The notes beneath the pieces were generated by a model. It was not told the DNA's origin. It ran no database searches and was given only the letters and a program-made list of their open reading frames with translations. Positions 8,721 to 17,865 of a stretch of 28,736 nt of DNA are shown piece by piece. A program made the translations under genes and the position numbers. The DNA lies in assembly GCA_963830365.1 (NCBI GenBank), contig CAWHMU010000013.1:1-28736 (forward strand), read 5' to 3'. This stretch comes from an uncultured Chlamydiae bacterium. GTDB lineage: Bacteria > Chlamydiota > Chlamydiia > Chlamydiales > Parachlamydiaceae. Positions within the stretch are counted from its first letter, which is position 1. Each line of letters starts with the position of its first letter.

Positions 8721-9161
8721 GAGCTGCTTGAGCGGCAATTCTGTACAAGGGATTGTTTTAATTCGTTCACAAAAACCTCAACATAGAGACACGGAAGAAA
8801 CCAACAGCAAGGCATGGGATTTCTAGACCTACACCTCAACCTAAAAATACAGGATAGACAGGGCAAAACAAAATTAACATAGGGTGCGAAATCTACCACA
8901 CAGAGGAACCATTTCTCTTACCTTGCCTTAGCAGTTCGGGCGCAAGCCTCATATACCACACGCGGCTAGGTTTGGCCTGCAATTGCAGCTTATCGTATTT
9001 TCTTTGTCTCGGTGTTTCTTTGTTAGATGCGGCCGTTTCCAAATATTTGTCCTCCCCTAGCCGGCCTGTCTTGTTAATTTACTTTCCCAGTTAAAATCAA
9101 AAACCATTTATTTTAAATGCATCAATATGATATAACTTAGCTTTATTTTTATTCACGGAAT

Positions 9162-10157
9162 ATGATTTTGAAAATACTGTTCTCTATTATTCTTTGTTTA
9201 ACTCTATGCCCTCTATTCGGCAACCAAAATTTGGCACAGGTCGTGATCCTCGGCTCAGGTCCGGCCGGCCTAACGGCCGCCGTCTATGCTGCAAGGGCCG
9301 GTCTAACCACTTTAGTCATTGAAGGCGAAGAGCCGGGGGGACAAATAGCCCTTTCATATATGGTTGATAATTTTCCTGGCTTCCCCAACGGCATCAATGG
9401 CTGGGATCTCACCCAAAATATACGCGAACAAGCCGTGCGCTTTGGCGCCAACATAAAAAATGGCACGGTAGTGGACATTGATCTTTCGCAGCGCCCTTTC
9501 ACCATAAAATTGGAAGATGGCCATGCCATTTTGGCTGAGACATTGATCATTGCTGCCGGCGCCGCTGCCAAATGGCTAGGCCTAGCCTCTGAAAAGGAAC
9601 TGATCGGCAAAGGTGTGAGCTCATGCGCCGTCTGCGATGGCATTTTGCATAAAGGACAGGAAGTTGTCGTGGTGGGGGGCGGCGATACGGCTTTAGAAGA
9701 CGCGCTATTTTTGGCCAAATATGCCACCAAAGTCACCGTCATCAACCGCACAGGCTCCCTAAAAGCCTCAAAACATCTGCAAGATAAAGCGCTGGCGCAT
9801 GATAAAATCCATTTCATCTGGCACAGCACGGTCGAAGAGATTGCTGATCCCGGCAAGGGAAAAGTCACAGGCGTTGTCTATAAAAATATCCGTGCAACAA
9901 AAACGCAATGGCTTCCCTGCCAAGGAGTCTTCATCGCCATCGGCCACGCTCCCAATACCGGCCTGTTCAAAGGACAGCTGGCCCTTGCTAAGACTGGCCA
10001 TCTCATCACGCAATCCCCAACCACCAGCACTTCAGTCCCGGGTGTCTTTGCCGCAGGTGATATCGCCGACCCGCATTACCGCCAGGCCATCACGGCTGCC
10101 GCCACCGGCTGCATGGCGGCTATCGATGCGCACAATTTTATACAGAAATCTAATTAA
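9162..10157 (+). CDS. trxB: Thioredoxin-disulfide reductase with an N-terminal signal-peptide-like extension
   Basis: GSGPAGLTAA FAD motif, NFPGF, CAVCDG active site, GGGDTA, FIAIGH.PNT, TSVPGVFAAGD and YRQAITAA. N-terminus is MILKILFSIILCLTLCPLFG. Confidence 0.93.
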   Translation: MILKILFSIILCLTLCPLFGNQNLAQVVILGSGPAGLTAAVYAARAGLTTLVIEGEEPGGQIALSYMVDNFPGFPNGINGWDLTQNIREQAVRFGANIKNGTVVDIDLSQRPFTIKLEDGHAILAETLIIAAGAAAKWLGLASEKELIGKGVSSCAVCDGILHKGQEVVVVGGGDTALEDALFLAKYATKVTVINRTGSLKASKHLQDKALAHDKIHFIWHSTVEEIADPGKGKVTGVVYKNIRATKTQWLPCQGVFIAIGHAPNTGLFKGQLALAKTGHLITQSPTTSTSVPGVFAAGDIADPHYRQAITAAATGCMAAIDAHNFIQKSN

Positions 10158-10170
10158 CATAAGGTAAAAC

Positions 10171-10569
10171 ATGAAAAACTTATCTATCATACTGGTTGTG
10201 TGCCTGATGCAAATCTGTGCCCTGGGCGCTGCAATCAATGAGGGCAGTTACCCGATCATCGAGATCACCAATGAGAACTTTCAAGAAGTTTTAAACTCTA
10301 ATGTGCCTGTCATCATCGATGTTTACGCCGATTGGTGCGGCCCCTGCAAAAGTTTTGCGCCAATTTATGAAGAATTGAATGACGAATTTGGCCACTTATA
10401 CCTGTTTACCAAGCTGAATGGCAGTAAGGCCCGCGAAGTGACAGCGCTGTTTGAAATTAGTGCCTTCCCAACGATTGTGTATCTCAAAAATGGTCAGGAA
10501 GTCGGCAGACGGGTGGGCTTCCCTGGAAAATCTAAGTTCAGATCCGATCTGAATAAATATTTCGAATAA
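10171..10569 (+). CDS. Thioredoxin with an N-terminal signal peptide
   Basis: WCGPC active site and cis-Pro loop AFPT. N-terminus MKNLSIILVVCLMQICALGA. AAGGT SD, 13 nt after the trxB stop. Confidence 0.92.
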   Translation: MKNLSIILVVCLMQICALGAAINEGSYPIIEITNENFQEVLNSNVPVIIDVYADWCGPCKSFAPIYEELNDEFGHLYLFTKLNGSKAREVTALFEISAFPTIVYLKNGQEVGRRVGFPGKSKFRSDLNKYFE

Positions 10570-10655
10570 TAATTGACATCACCTCATCTTGCAGTGGAGA
10601 AAATATTTAAAGACTGCTAACCTGCGGGTTAATATTTAGCCTAGGTGATTTAGCT

Positions 10656-11420
10656 ATGTCTCCCCACTCCCACAAAGGGCCGGCGCATTTCAAAGGCAAA
10701 GACGCCTTGGAACACGTCATCGAAGCCCAAGCCGAAGGTCTAATCTCTGCTGCCGAAATTCACGGCACAGAGATTCCTGGCTACCTAGCGGCCGCCTGCG
10801 ATGCGGCCCGTGAAAGCGCATTGCTCTTGCCGCTGTTATGGCTGCTGCTGGCATTCCTAAAAATCTCCTTACTCAACATTTTGACTGTACTATCGATTTT
10901 CGCCAGCGGCTGGTTGCTATGGAAGCTTGGCCGCAGCGCCTGGCTGGGGTGGTTTCGCCTGGAGCGTCTGCACCGTGTGCTGGAACAGGAACGCTGGGAA
11001 ATCGAACACCATCGCCAACAGGAACGCGATGAGCTGCGCGTGCTGTATGCCGCCAAGGGCTTCGACGGCAAATTGCTTGAAGATGTCTTGGATGTGCTGA
11101 TGGCAGATGACGCACGCCTGCTTAAGGTGATGGTCGAAGAGGAGCTTGGCCTTTCGCTCGCCTCCCATGAGCATCCACTAAAACAGGGATTAGGCGCGGC
11201 CGTTGGCGTCCTGATCAGCAGCATGATTTGCCTAGGATTGCTCTGGCTGTGGCCGGGATATGGGATTTTTATCGGCGCTTTTTTAATGACCGCCACTGCC
11301 AGCTATCTTTTGGCCCGTTTAGCCCTGAACGAAGTCATTCCCGCCATTATTTGGAATCTAGGCCTTGCCGTCTTGGTATTCGGCTGGGTATATTTTTTGC
11401 TCGAATGGTTTAAGGCTTAA
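10656..11420 (+). CDS. VIT1/CCC1-like membrane protein (putative Fe/Mn transporter)
   Basis: Glu-rich cytosolic segment EQERWEIEHHRQQERDELRVLYAAKGFDGKLLEDVLDVL...MVEEELGL typical of the VIT1 metal-binding domain, flanked by TM helices. 16 nt upstream of the P1B ATPase. Confidence 0.72.
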   Translation: MSPHSHKGPAHFKGKDALEHVIEAQAEGLISAAEIHGTEIPGYLAAACDAARESALLLPLLWLLLAFLKISLLNILTVLSIFASGWLLWKLGRSAWLGWFRLERLHRVLEQERWEIEHHRQQERDELRVLYAAKGFDGKLLEDVLDVLMADDARLLKVMVEEELGLSLASHEHPLKQGLGAAVGVLISSMICLGLLWLWPGYGIFIGAFLMTATASYLLARLALNEVIPAIIWNLGLAVLVFGWVYFLLEWFKA

Positions 11421-11436
11421 ATAATAGGAACCACTA

Positions 11437-13461
11437 ATGGCAGCAGCCCCTTTGACAACCAAACCACTCCTTGCCCCCTCCTCTGAATTGCTCAGCGACT
11501 ATATCGAGCAAGGGCTGCAAGAGAGCGTCAGTCCTTTTCTGCTGCCAGCCTCGCGCAGCTGGGGCGCACATCTCACCCTAAAAGCGGCCATGTTGGCGGC
11601 TATATTATTAGTCATGGCCTTTGGCTGCTCTTTTAGCGGGCAGACGTTTGCTCTATCAAATCTGCTGCTGGTATGCGTCTATTTCCTGGCCGGCATCCCA
11701 TCGCTCATTGAAGCTGTTGAAGATCTTGCCGAAGGGGAAATTAATATTGATATTCTGATGACTTTGGCAGCCTTCTCGTCGATCTTTATCGGCAGCGGCA
11801 TGGAAGGCGGGCTCCTGCTCGTCCTGTTTGCGTTGTCAGGCGCCATGGAAGATGCTGTAACCAGCAAAGCCAAAGGCACCATCAGCAGCCTGCACAAGCT
11901 ATCGCCGACGCGCGCCAGCGTGGTACAGCCTGACGGCACGTTGATTGAGAGATCTATCAAAGATATTGCCACCGGCACACACATCCACGTCAAAGCCGGC
12001 CAGGTAGTCCCCCTGGATGGCAATGTAATCTATGGCACCTCATCCTTAAACCTTGTCCATCTGACAGGCGAAAGCCTGCCCATCACCAAAACCTTAGGCG
12101 ATAGCGTCCCGGCAGGTGGTCGCAATCTGGACGGGGCCCTGACAATAGAGGTCACCAAAACCTGTGGAGACTCGACTATCGCCCGCATCATCCAGCTTGT
12201 CACCCAGGCCCAAGAAGCGCGCCCAAAGTTACAGCGCTGGTTTGATCAAGCCTCGCGCGGCTATGCCATGTCAATTATCGCACTCTCCTTTACTTTTGCA
12301 CTGACACTGCCTTTTTTACTTTCGATTCCTTTTCTAGGCATCGAAGGCTCGCTTTACCGGGCCCTGGCCTTTTTAATTGCCGCCTCCCCTTGCGCCTTAA
12401 TCATCGCTATTCCTATTGCCTACTTGAGCGCCATCAGCTCGTGCGCCAGGCGCGGCATTCTGCTTAAAGGCGGTATTACGCTGGATGCTTTAGCACACTG
12501 CAAAGCTGTGGCTTTTGATAAGACAGGGACATTAACCACCGGTGAATTGGCCTGCATCGCTATTGAGATGCTTAATACTGCCGATGCTGATGCCAAAGCG
12601 GGAAGCCTTGATGAAGCCTTAGCCGTAGCCTATGCTATGGAAAGAAATGCCGTCCATCCCATTGCGACAGCTATTCTCAAATATGGCCAGTCAAACCGCT
12701 GCGCCACGGTGTTGCTTAACAACTTCAAAGCCATCGCCGGCTATGGCCTGGAAGCTACGGCACTTTTGCCGAGAGGCAGCGAAAGCGTTTATATCGGCCG
12801 TCCAGGCCACATTGCGGATAAATTGCCTGAAAATCAAAGGCAACATCTCCTTAAGCGCACTGCCCAGATTGAAGCCCAAGGCGAACTCCTCGCCGTGCTT
12901 ATCATAGGCACAAGGCCATACATCTTCCGCTTCCGCGATACCCTCCGCCATCACATCGCCGAAACGCTGCAGGCGGTAAAAAATCGCGGCTGGGATACCA
13001 TCATGCTAACCGGCGATCATATCGCCAGCGCCAAACTCATCGCCGATGAGGTGGGAGTGGATGAATTCCATGCGGCCTTGAGCCCCGAAGACAAACTGCG
13101 CTACGTCTCTAATCTCGCCCAACAAAAGGGCCTGGCCATGATCGGCGACGGGGTCAATGATGCCCCTGCCCTCGCGCGGGCGACGGTCGGCATCTGCATG
13201 GGAAAAGTCGGCAGCACGGCCGCCATCGATGCGGCTGATGTGGTGCTGCTGCATGACAATATCGAACTTTTGGACTGGCTGATCGGCAAGGCCAAGCAGA
13301 CAAAAGCCATCGTTAAGCAAAATCTTTTCCTGGCGACAGCGGCCATCATCATTGCCAGCCTGCCGGCACTGGGCGGCATTGTGCCTCTTTGGCTGGCTGT
13401 CGTGATGCATGAAGGCGGCACCATCCTGGTCGGACTCAATGCGCTGCGCCTGCTTAGATAA
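11437..13461 (+). CDS. Heavy-metal P1B-type ATPase, P1B-4 subclass
   Basis: LTGES, intramembrane SPC, DKTGTLT phosphorylation site, HP, MLTGD, GDGVNDAPAL and C-terminal HEGGT. No N-terminal CxxC metal-binding domain. Confidence 0.93.
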   Translation: MAAAPLTTKPLLAPSSELLSDYIEQGLQESVSPFLLPASRSWGAHLTLKAAMLAAILLVMAFGCSFSGQTFALSNLLLVCVYFLAGIPSLIEAVEDLAEGEINIDILMTLAAFSSIFIGSGMEGGLLLVLFALSGAMEDAVTSKAKGTISSLHKLSPTRASVVQPDGTLIERSIKDIATGTHIHVKAGQVVPLDGNVIYGTSSLNLVHLTGESLPITKTLGDSVPAGGRNLDGALTIEVTKTCGDSTIARIIQLVTQAQEARPKLQRWFDQASRGYAMSIIALSFTFALTLPFLLSIPFLGIEGSLYRALAFLIAASPCALIIAIPIAYLSAISSCARRGILLKGGITLDALAHCKAVAFDKTGTLTTGELACIAIEMLNTADADAKAGSLDEALAVAYAMERNAVHPIATAILKYGQSNRCATVLLNNFKAIAGYGLEATALLPRGSESVYIGRPGHIADKLPENQRQHLLKRTAQIEAQGELLAVLIIGTRPYIFRFRDTLRHHIAETLQAVKNRGWDTIMLTGDHIASAKLIADEVGVDEFHAALSPEDKLRYVSNLAQQKGLAMIGDGVNDAPALARATVGICMGKVGSTAAIDAADVVLLHDNIELLDWLIGKAKQTKAIVKQNLFLATAAIIIASLPALGGIVPLWLAVVMHEGGTILVGLNALRLLR

Positions 13462-13579
13462 GAATCAAGGCTTGGGGATAAATAAAAGATATTCACCTCC
13501 GTGGCACTGAGGTCCAGAGCGAACACGAAGACAAAGTTCAACTTCACGGACAACTTATACAGCATAATGAATGCCTTAT

Positions 13580-13657
13580 CCCCTATCTGTGCCCTCTGTG
13601 GGCTCTATGATGGTAAATTTCAAAAACCACAGAACCCACAGAGATCACAGAGAGGGG
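13580..13657. repeat. Imperfect inverted repeat built from CACAGAG-type 9-bp units
   Basis: CCCCTATCTGTGCCCTCTGTGGGCTCTATGATGGT (13580-13614) pairs with ACCACAGAACCCACAGAGATCACAGAGAGGGG (13626-13657). Confidence 0.7.
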
Positions 13658-13719
13658 CTTGACTTGATCAATCATCTTTTGCCGGAAAGGTGCTTATTAA
13701 CATTTTAACAGAATCTAAC

Positions 13720-14673
13720 ATGTCTCCCACCTGCCGCCTTTTAAGTCTTATCGCCTGTTTTTCCTGCCTGGTTTCACATTGCTATGGCATCAGTCCAGGG
13801 GCCACCGGACCCTCTAATAGCCTATGGCTGACAGGGCCGCTGCTCACCCCTTCGGCAAAAGTCGTTCCTCCCGGCCATTTGAATATAGAGCCCTATTTTT
13901 ACACCATAGTCTCGACCGCAGCCTATGGTGATGATTGGCAGGCAAAATCAACTCCCCGATTCCTGCAACTATTTTCCCAAATGCAAGTCAAAGTGGGTGT
14001 TATCGAAAAATTTGATCTATTTGGTATCGTGCAGGGATATTATAACGCTACGCAGGGACAGTCGGCAACCGCCTTCGGCGATTTGCCTATTGTGCTGGAA
14101 TACCAACTGTACGAAGGGGAAAACTCATCGCTTATTAAATTGTTCGCCAGGGAAACATTCCCCGTCGGCAAATACCAAAGGTCAAATCCCAAAAAACTGC
14201 GCACCGATTTGGGAGGCATGGGATCATTTGTCAGTGCCACCGGCTTCACTATTTCCAGAGTCTATCATTTTGGCGGTGAGCACTACCTGAGACCGAGATT
14301 TAATCTGGCGTTAAGTTTTTCCGCCCCTGTGCACGTCAGGGGTATTAATGCCTATGGCGGCGATCCATCCACCAAAGGCTGGGTATATCCGGGAAATAGC
14401 GCAGCTTTTCTCTTTGGCGCTGAATATACCTTAACAAAAAACTGGGCCTTAGCTATAGACATCAATGGCCGGATGTCAGGCAGAACGCGTTTTAATGGCT
14501 ATTCTGCAACGGCAGTGGCAGCGCCCAGCTCTGCCCAGTTTAGCCTGGCGCCTGCCATTGAATATAACTGGAGTCCGACTAAGGGAATCATCATAGGCTC
14601 ATGGTTCACCGTAGCCGGTAAAAACTCAAAGCGCTTCTACAGTGCTGCTGCCGCCTACAACTGGTACTATTAA
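13720..14673 (+). CDS. Putative outer-membrane beta-barrel / exported protein (resembles the MetA-pathway phenol-degradation-like family)
   Basis: Signal peptide from ATG 13720 (MSPTCRLLSLIACFSCLVSHCYG), WLTGPLLTPS motif, GD..I.LEYQL, FPVGKY, alternating aromatic beta-strands and an aromatic C-terminus (YNWYY). The family assignment is from memory of motifs. Confidence 0.65.
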   Translation: MSPTCRLLSLIACFSCLVSHCYGISPGATGPSNSLWLTGPLLTPSAKVVPPGHLNIEPYFYTIVSTAAYGDDWQAKSTPRFLQLFSQMQVKVGVIEKFDLFGIVQGYYNATQGQSATAFGDLPIVLEYQLYEGENSSLIKLFARETFPVGKYQRSNPKKLRTDLGGMGSFVSATGFTISRVYHFGGEHYLRPRFNLALSFSAPVHVRGINAYGGDPSTKGWVYPGNSAAFLFGAEYTLTKNWALAIDINGRMSGRTRFNGYSATAVAAPSSAQFSLAPAIEYNWSPTKGIIIGSWFTVAGKNSKRFYSAAAAYNWYY

Positions 14674-14705
14674 ACTTGCATGACGCATAGTCAAAGAGAG
14701 ACCAT

Positions 14706-17700
14706 ATGACTGATCAAAACCCCAAAACATCTCCCCAAGATAGGCTATTTGCCGCCATCCAAAATGAAAGTCATAAATTTCAGGATTATTATCTCTGGCT
14801 CGAAAAAGCCATGCCGCAAAGCTTCTTCGAGGAAATGAGTACCGATAATATCATGCTCGTGGCGCACAACCTGATGGGTTTTGATCTGCAAGATTACTTT
14901 TCGACCATTCACCTCAAAAATGCATCGCTGGTGATGTGTTTGGACAGTGCCGATGCGGACTTGCGCATATTAAAGAATTATGCCCTCTATGGCATCAAAA
15001 ACTACCAGGCCTATATTTCACAAATTCCACTCCCCTTCCCTGATATTAAAGCCAACCTGCACCTGGCGGCAATTTATTTTAACGAAGTCATCGAAACTTC
15101 CAAAATTCCCTTCCCCCCCCAGGCTAAAGAGGAACTGCGACTGCTCACCCACCAGCATATACCGCAACTATCTGATGCAGAATACGATACAATCATCTCA
15201 AGCATTAATACGCGCTTTCTTGGTTCACTACCGCTAGAGCGTCTGGTATTGGCCCTGAACATGTTTTCCCGGGCACAGACGCGCGACAACTGCCAATATG
15301 AAGTGCGTTATAATGAAAACTGGAAGGAAGACCATACTCCCTCCATGCACATCGTCTTGGCATGGCGCAATACGCCCAAATACAATTTCCTATACCAGCT
15401 GGCCCGCGTTGTTCACCGCCATAACCTGGTCATGAAACGCGTCAACGCCACCTATATGAATACATATACCCAAGAAAACATCCTTGTCATGGCTATCGAT
15501 TTACATGGCAGCGATGGGCGGGCGGCTTGGGAAGCTGCCAGCATCATTGAATTTTTGCGCGAACTCCTGTCAGTCAAATATTTCCCCAGCTTTGACATGA
15601 TCGACAGCGCGCTTGTCAGCCGAAAAGTGATCTCAGGCAGCATGGGGAATCTATTGCGCTCCATGGTCAGTTTCATCCACCAGACCCTGCTGCATCTGGA
15701 CCCCAATCTCTATACGCCGCAAAGCATTGAAGAAGCCCTCTGCCGCCATCCCGAGCTGACGGCCAAACTCTGCGAGGCTTTTGCCAGCAAATTCGATCCC
15801 GACTTTCACAACTTTGATAAATACCTCTTGATCCGCGAAAAATTTCTGACCGATACGGGCAAGCTAGATACCGGCCAGGAAGATAACGACATGCGCCATA
15901 AAACGGTCTTAAGGCAAGGCATGAATTTCATCCATTACACCCTTAAAACCAACTTTTACCGCACCAATCTCACCGCACACAGCTTCCGCCTCGACCCCCA
16001 CTATCTCAATGAAGTGCCCTATGACCGCGCCAAAAAATTCCCCGAACTGCCCTACGCCATCTTCTTTATTAAAGGCATGCATTTTATCGGCTTCCACATG
16101 CGCTTCAAAGACTTGGCGCGCGGCGGACTGCGCACGGTATACCCTCATCAGCCCGAACACATCACCTATGAACAAAACAATATCTTCACCGAATGTTACA
16201 ATCTAGCCCTTACGCAGCACATGAAGAATAAAGACATCCCTGAAGGTGGCGCTAAAGGCATCCTCTTCATCAACCCCTTCGAACGCTTGGAGGCAGAATC
16301 TTTAGTCCTCCAAAAAGAGTTGGAAGTTTCCGGCATAGCACAAACCGAAATCGATAAGAAGATCGCCTTCTTCCGCCAAGAACAACGCATCAAATTCCTG
16401 CATCAGGTGCAACGTTCATTTGTCGAAAGCCTACTGACGATCATCAACTGCCATGCCGATGGCATCTTGCGCGCAAGCAAAATCGTAGATTACTGGCAGC
16501 GCCCTGAATATTTGTATTTGGGCCCTGATGAAAATATGCACGATGAAATGATCCAATGGATCGCCGATTTGAGTGAAAAATATAATTATAAGCCCGGTGG
16601 CGCCTTTATCTCCAGCAAACCCTTGGTGGGCATCAACCATAAGGAATATGGCGTGACGTCGTTAGGCGTCAACGTCTACATGGAGGCCCTCTTAAAGTAT
16701 CTCAATATCGATCCGCATGCCATTCCCTTTACGGTCAAGATGTCTGGTGGGCCTGATGGCGATGTGGCCGGTAATCAGATACACAATCTCTACCGCTTAT
16801 ATCCCACTACCGCCAAGCTGCTGTCCTTGATCGACGTCTCCGGCACGATTTACGATCCTAATGGCCTTGACCTGAAGTCTTTAGATGATTTATTCAAAGC
16901 CGGTAAGCCGATAAATTTCTATCCGGCCGAAAAACTGTCTGATGGCGGCTTACTGCTGGATAAGACCGTCAAGCGCAGTCAAAACAGCTTAAGCCAACAG
17001 ACTCTATGCTGGCATAAGCGCCAGGGTAAACTGGAAAAAGAATGGCTGAGCGGCAGCGAGACAAATAATGTACTGCGCAACACCGTCAATCAAACCAACA
17101 CCGACCTTTTTATTCCTGCGGGAGGGCGTCCCCGCACCCTCGATGAAACAAACATCAAAGATTTCTTAGATGAAACCGGCAAGCCAACCACCCGTGGCAT
17201 CGTTGAAGGAGCTAATCTCTACCTCACTCCTAAAGCCCGCCGCATCCTGGAAAAGCTTGGGGTCTTGATCATCAAGGACAGCTCGGCCAATAAGACAGGC
17301 GTCATCTGCTCGTCGTACGAAGTGCTGTGCGGTCTGGCTATCTCCGATGAGGAATTCCTTAAGCACAAACAAATCCTAGTGCAGGAGATCCTGCAGCGGC
17401 TGGCTTTGTGCGCCTCACAAGAGGCTGAACTGCTATTGAGTACGCACAAAGAGACCAAAAGATATCTTACAGATATTTCACAGCAGCTTTCGGAAAAGAT
17501 CAATCTTTTCACCTATCAGCTGCTGGATTATCTTGATCCGCTGCCCTGGGATAATAATCCGGCCAATCCCTTAACGCAGTGCTTTATTAAATATTGCCTG
17601 CCCACTCTGCGCGCCAATTTTCAACGCCAGTTGCTGGATGAAATTCCCGAACATCACAAAAAAGCCATCGTGTCATGCCATCTGGCCGCGCAGCTGGTCT

Positions 17701-17765
17701 ATCAAAAAGGCGTGGATTGGGAGCCGACCATCGTCGAAATTTTACCGGTCATCCTGCGTCAGTAA
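14706..17765 (+). CDS. Large NAD-specific glutamate dehydrogenase (~1019 aa, GDH2-like)
   Basis: ARGGLR, KNKDIPEGGAKG, LGPDEN, GINHKEYGVTSLGV, GGPDGDVAGN, IVEGANLYLT and KDSSANKTGVICSSYEVL. Confidence 0.92.
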   Translation: MTDQNPKTSPQDRLFAAIQNESHKFQDYYLWLEKAMPQSFFEEMSTDNIMLVAHNLMGFDLQDYFSTIHLKNASLVMCLDSADADLRILKNYALYGIKNYQAYISQIPLPFPDIKANLHLAAIYFNEVIETSKIPFPPQAKEELRLLTHQHIPQLSDAEYDTIISSINTRFLGSLPLERLVLALNMFSRAQTRDNCQYEVRYNENWKEDHTPSMHIVLAWRNTPKYNFLYQLARVVHRHNLVMKRVNATYMNTYTQENILVMAIDLHGSDGRAAWEAASIIEFLRELLSVKYFPSFDMIDSALVSRKVISGSMGNLLRSMVSFIHQTLLHLDPNLYTPQSIEEALCRHPELTAKLCEAFASKFDPDFHNFDKYLLIREKFLTDTGKLDTGQEDNDMRHKTVLRQGMNFIHYTLKTNFYRTNLTAHSFRLDPHYLNEVPYDRAKKFPELPYAIFFIKGMHFIGFHMRFKDLARGGLRTVYPHQPEHITYEQNNIFTECYNLALTQHMKNKDIPEGGAKGILFINPFERLEAESLVLQKELEVSGIAQTEIDKKIAFFRQEQRIKFLHQVQRSFVESLLTIINCHADGILRASKIVDYWQRPEYLYLGPDENMHDEMIQWIADLSEKYNYKPGGAFISSKPLVGINHKEYGVTSLGVNVYMEALLKYLNIDPHAIPFTVKMSGGPDGDVAGNQIHNLYRLYPTTAKLLSLIDVSGTIYDPNGLDLKSLDDLFKAGKPINFYPAEKLSDGGLLLDKTVKRSQNSLSQQTLCWHKRQGKLEKEWLSGSETNNVLRNTVNQTNTDLFIPAGGRPRTLDETNIKDFLDETGKPTTRGIVEGANLYLTPKARRILEKLGVLIIKDSSANKTGVICSSYEVLCGLAISDEEFLKHKQILVQEILQRLALCASQEAELLLSTHKETKRYLTDISQQLSEKINLFTYQLLDYLDPLPWDNNPANPLTQCFIKYCLPTLRANFQRQLLDEIPEHHKKAIVSCHLAAQLVYQKGVDWEPTIVEILPVILRQ

Positions 17766-17776
17766 ACTAAAAAAAT

Positions 17777-17803
17777 CCAGCACTCGATTTGTTTGAGTGC
17801 TAA
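17777..17803 (+). promoter_or_regulatory. CIRCE operator (HrcA binding site)
   Basis: CCAGCACTC-N9(GATTTGTTT)-GAGTGCTAA versus consensus TTAGCACTC-N9-GAGTGCTAA, directly upstream of hrcA. Confidence 0.93.
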
Positions 17804-17808
17804 TTTTT

Positions 17809-17838
17809 TTGACAAATAATTCCGTTCTCTCTTACAAT
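17809..17838 (+). promoter_or_regulatory. Sigma70/sigma66-type promoter of hrcA-grpE-dnaK
   Basis: TTGACA (17809-17814), 18-nt spacer, TACAAT (17833-17838), 5 nt downstream of the CIRCE. Confidence 0.8.
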
Positions 17839-17865
17839 CAGCTTAAGTCGAAAGGAGATATTTAA

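Noticed and set aside
8717..8899. 60-aa minus-strand ORF in the gap before trxB
   Set aside because: No SD or recognisable motif, and composition typical of non-coding DNA.
15113..15120. C8 run in gdh as a phase-variation tract
   Set aside because: Short enough to arise by chance from Phe-Pro-Pro-Gln codons.
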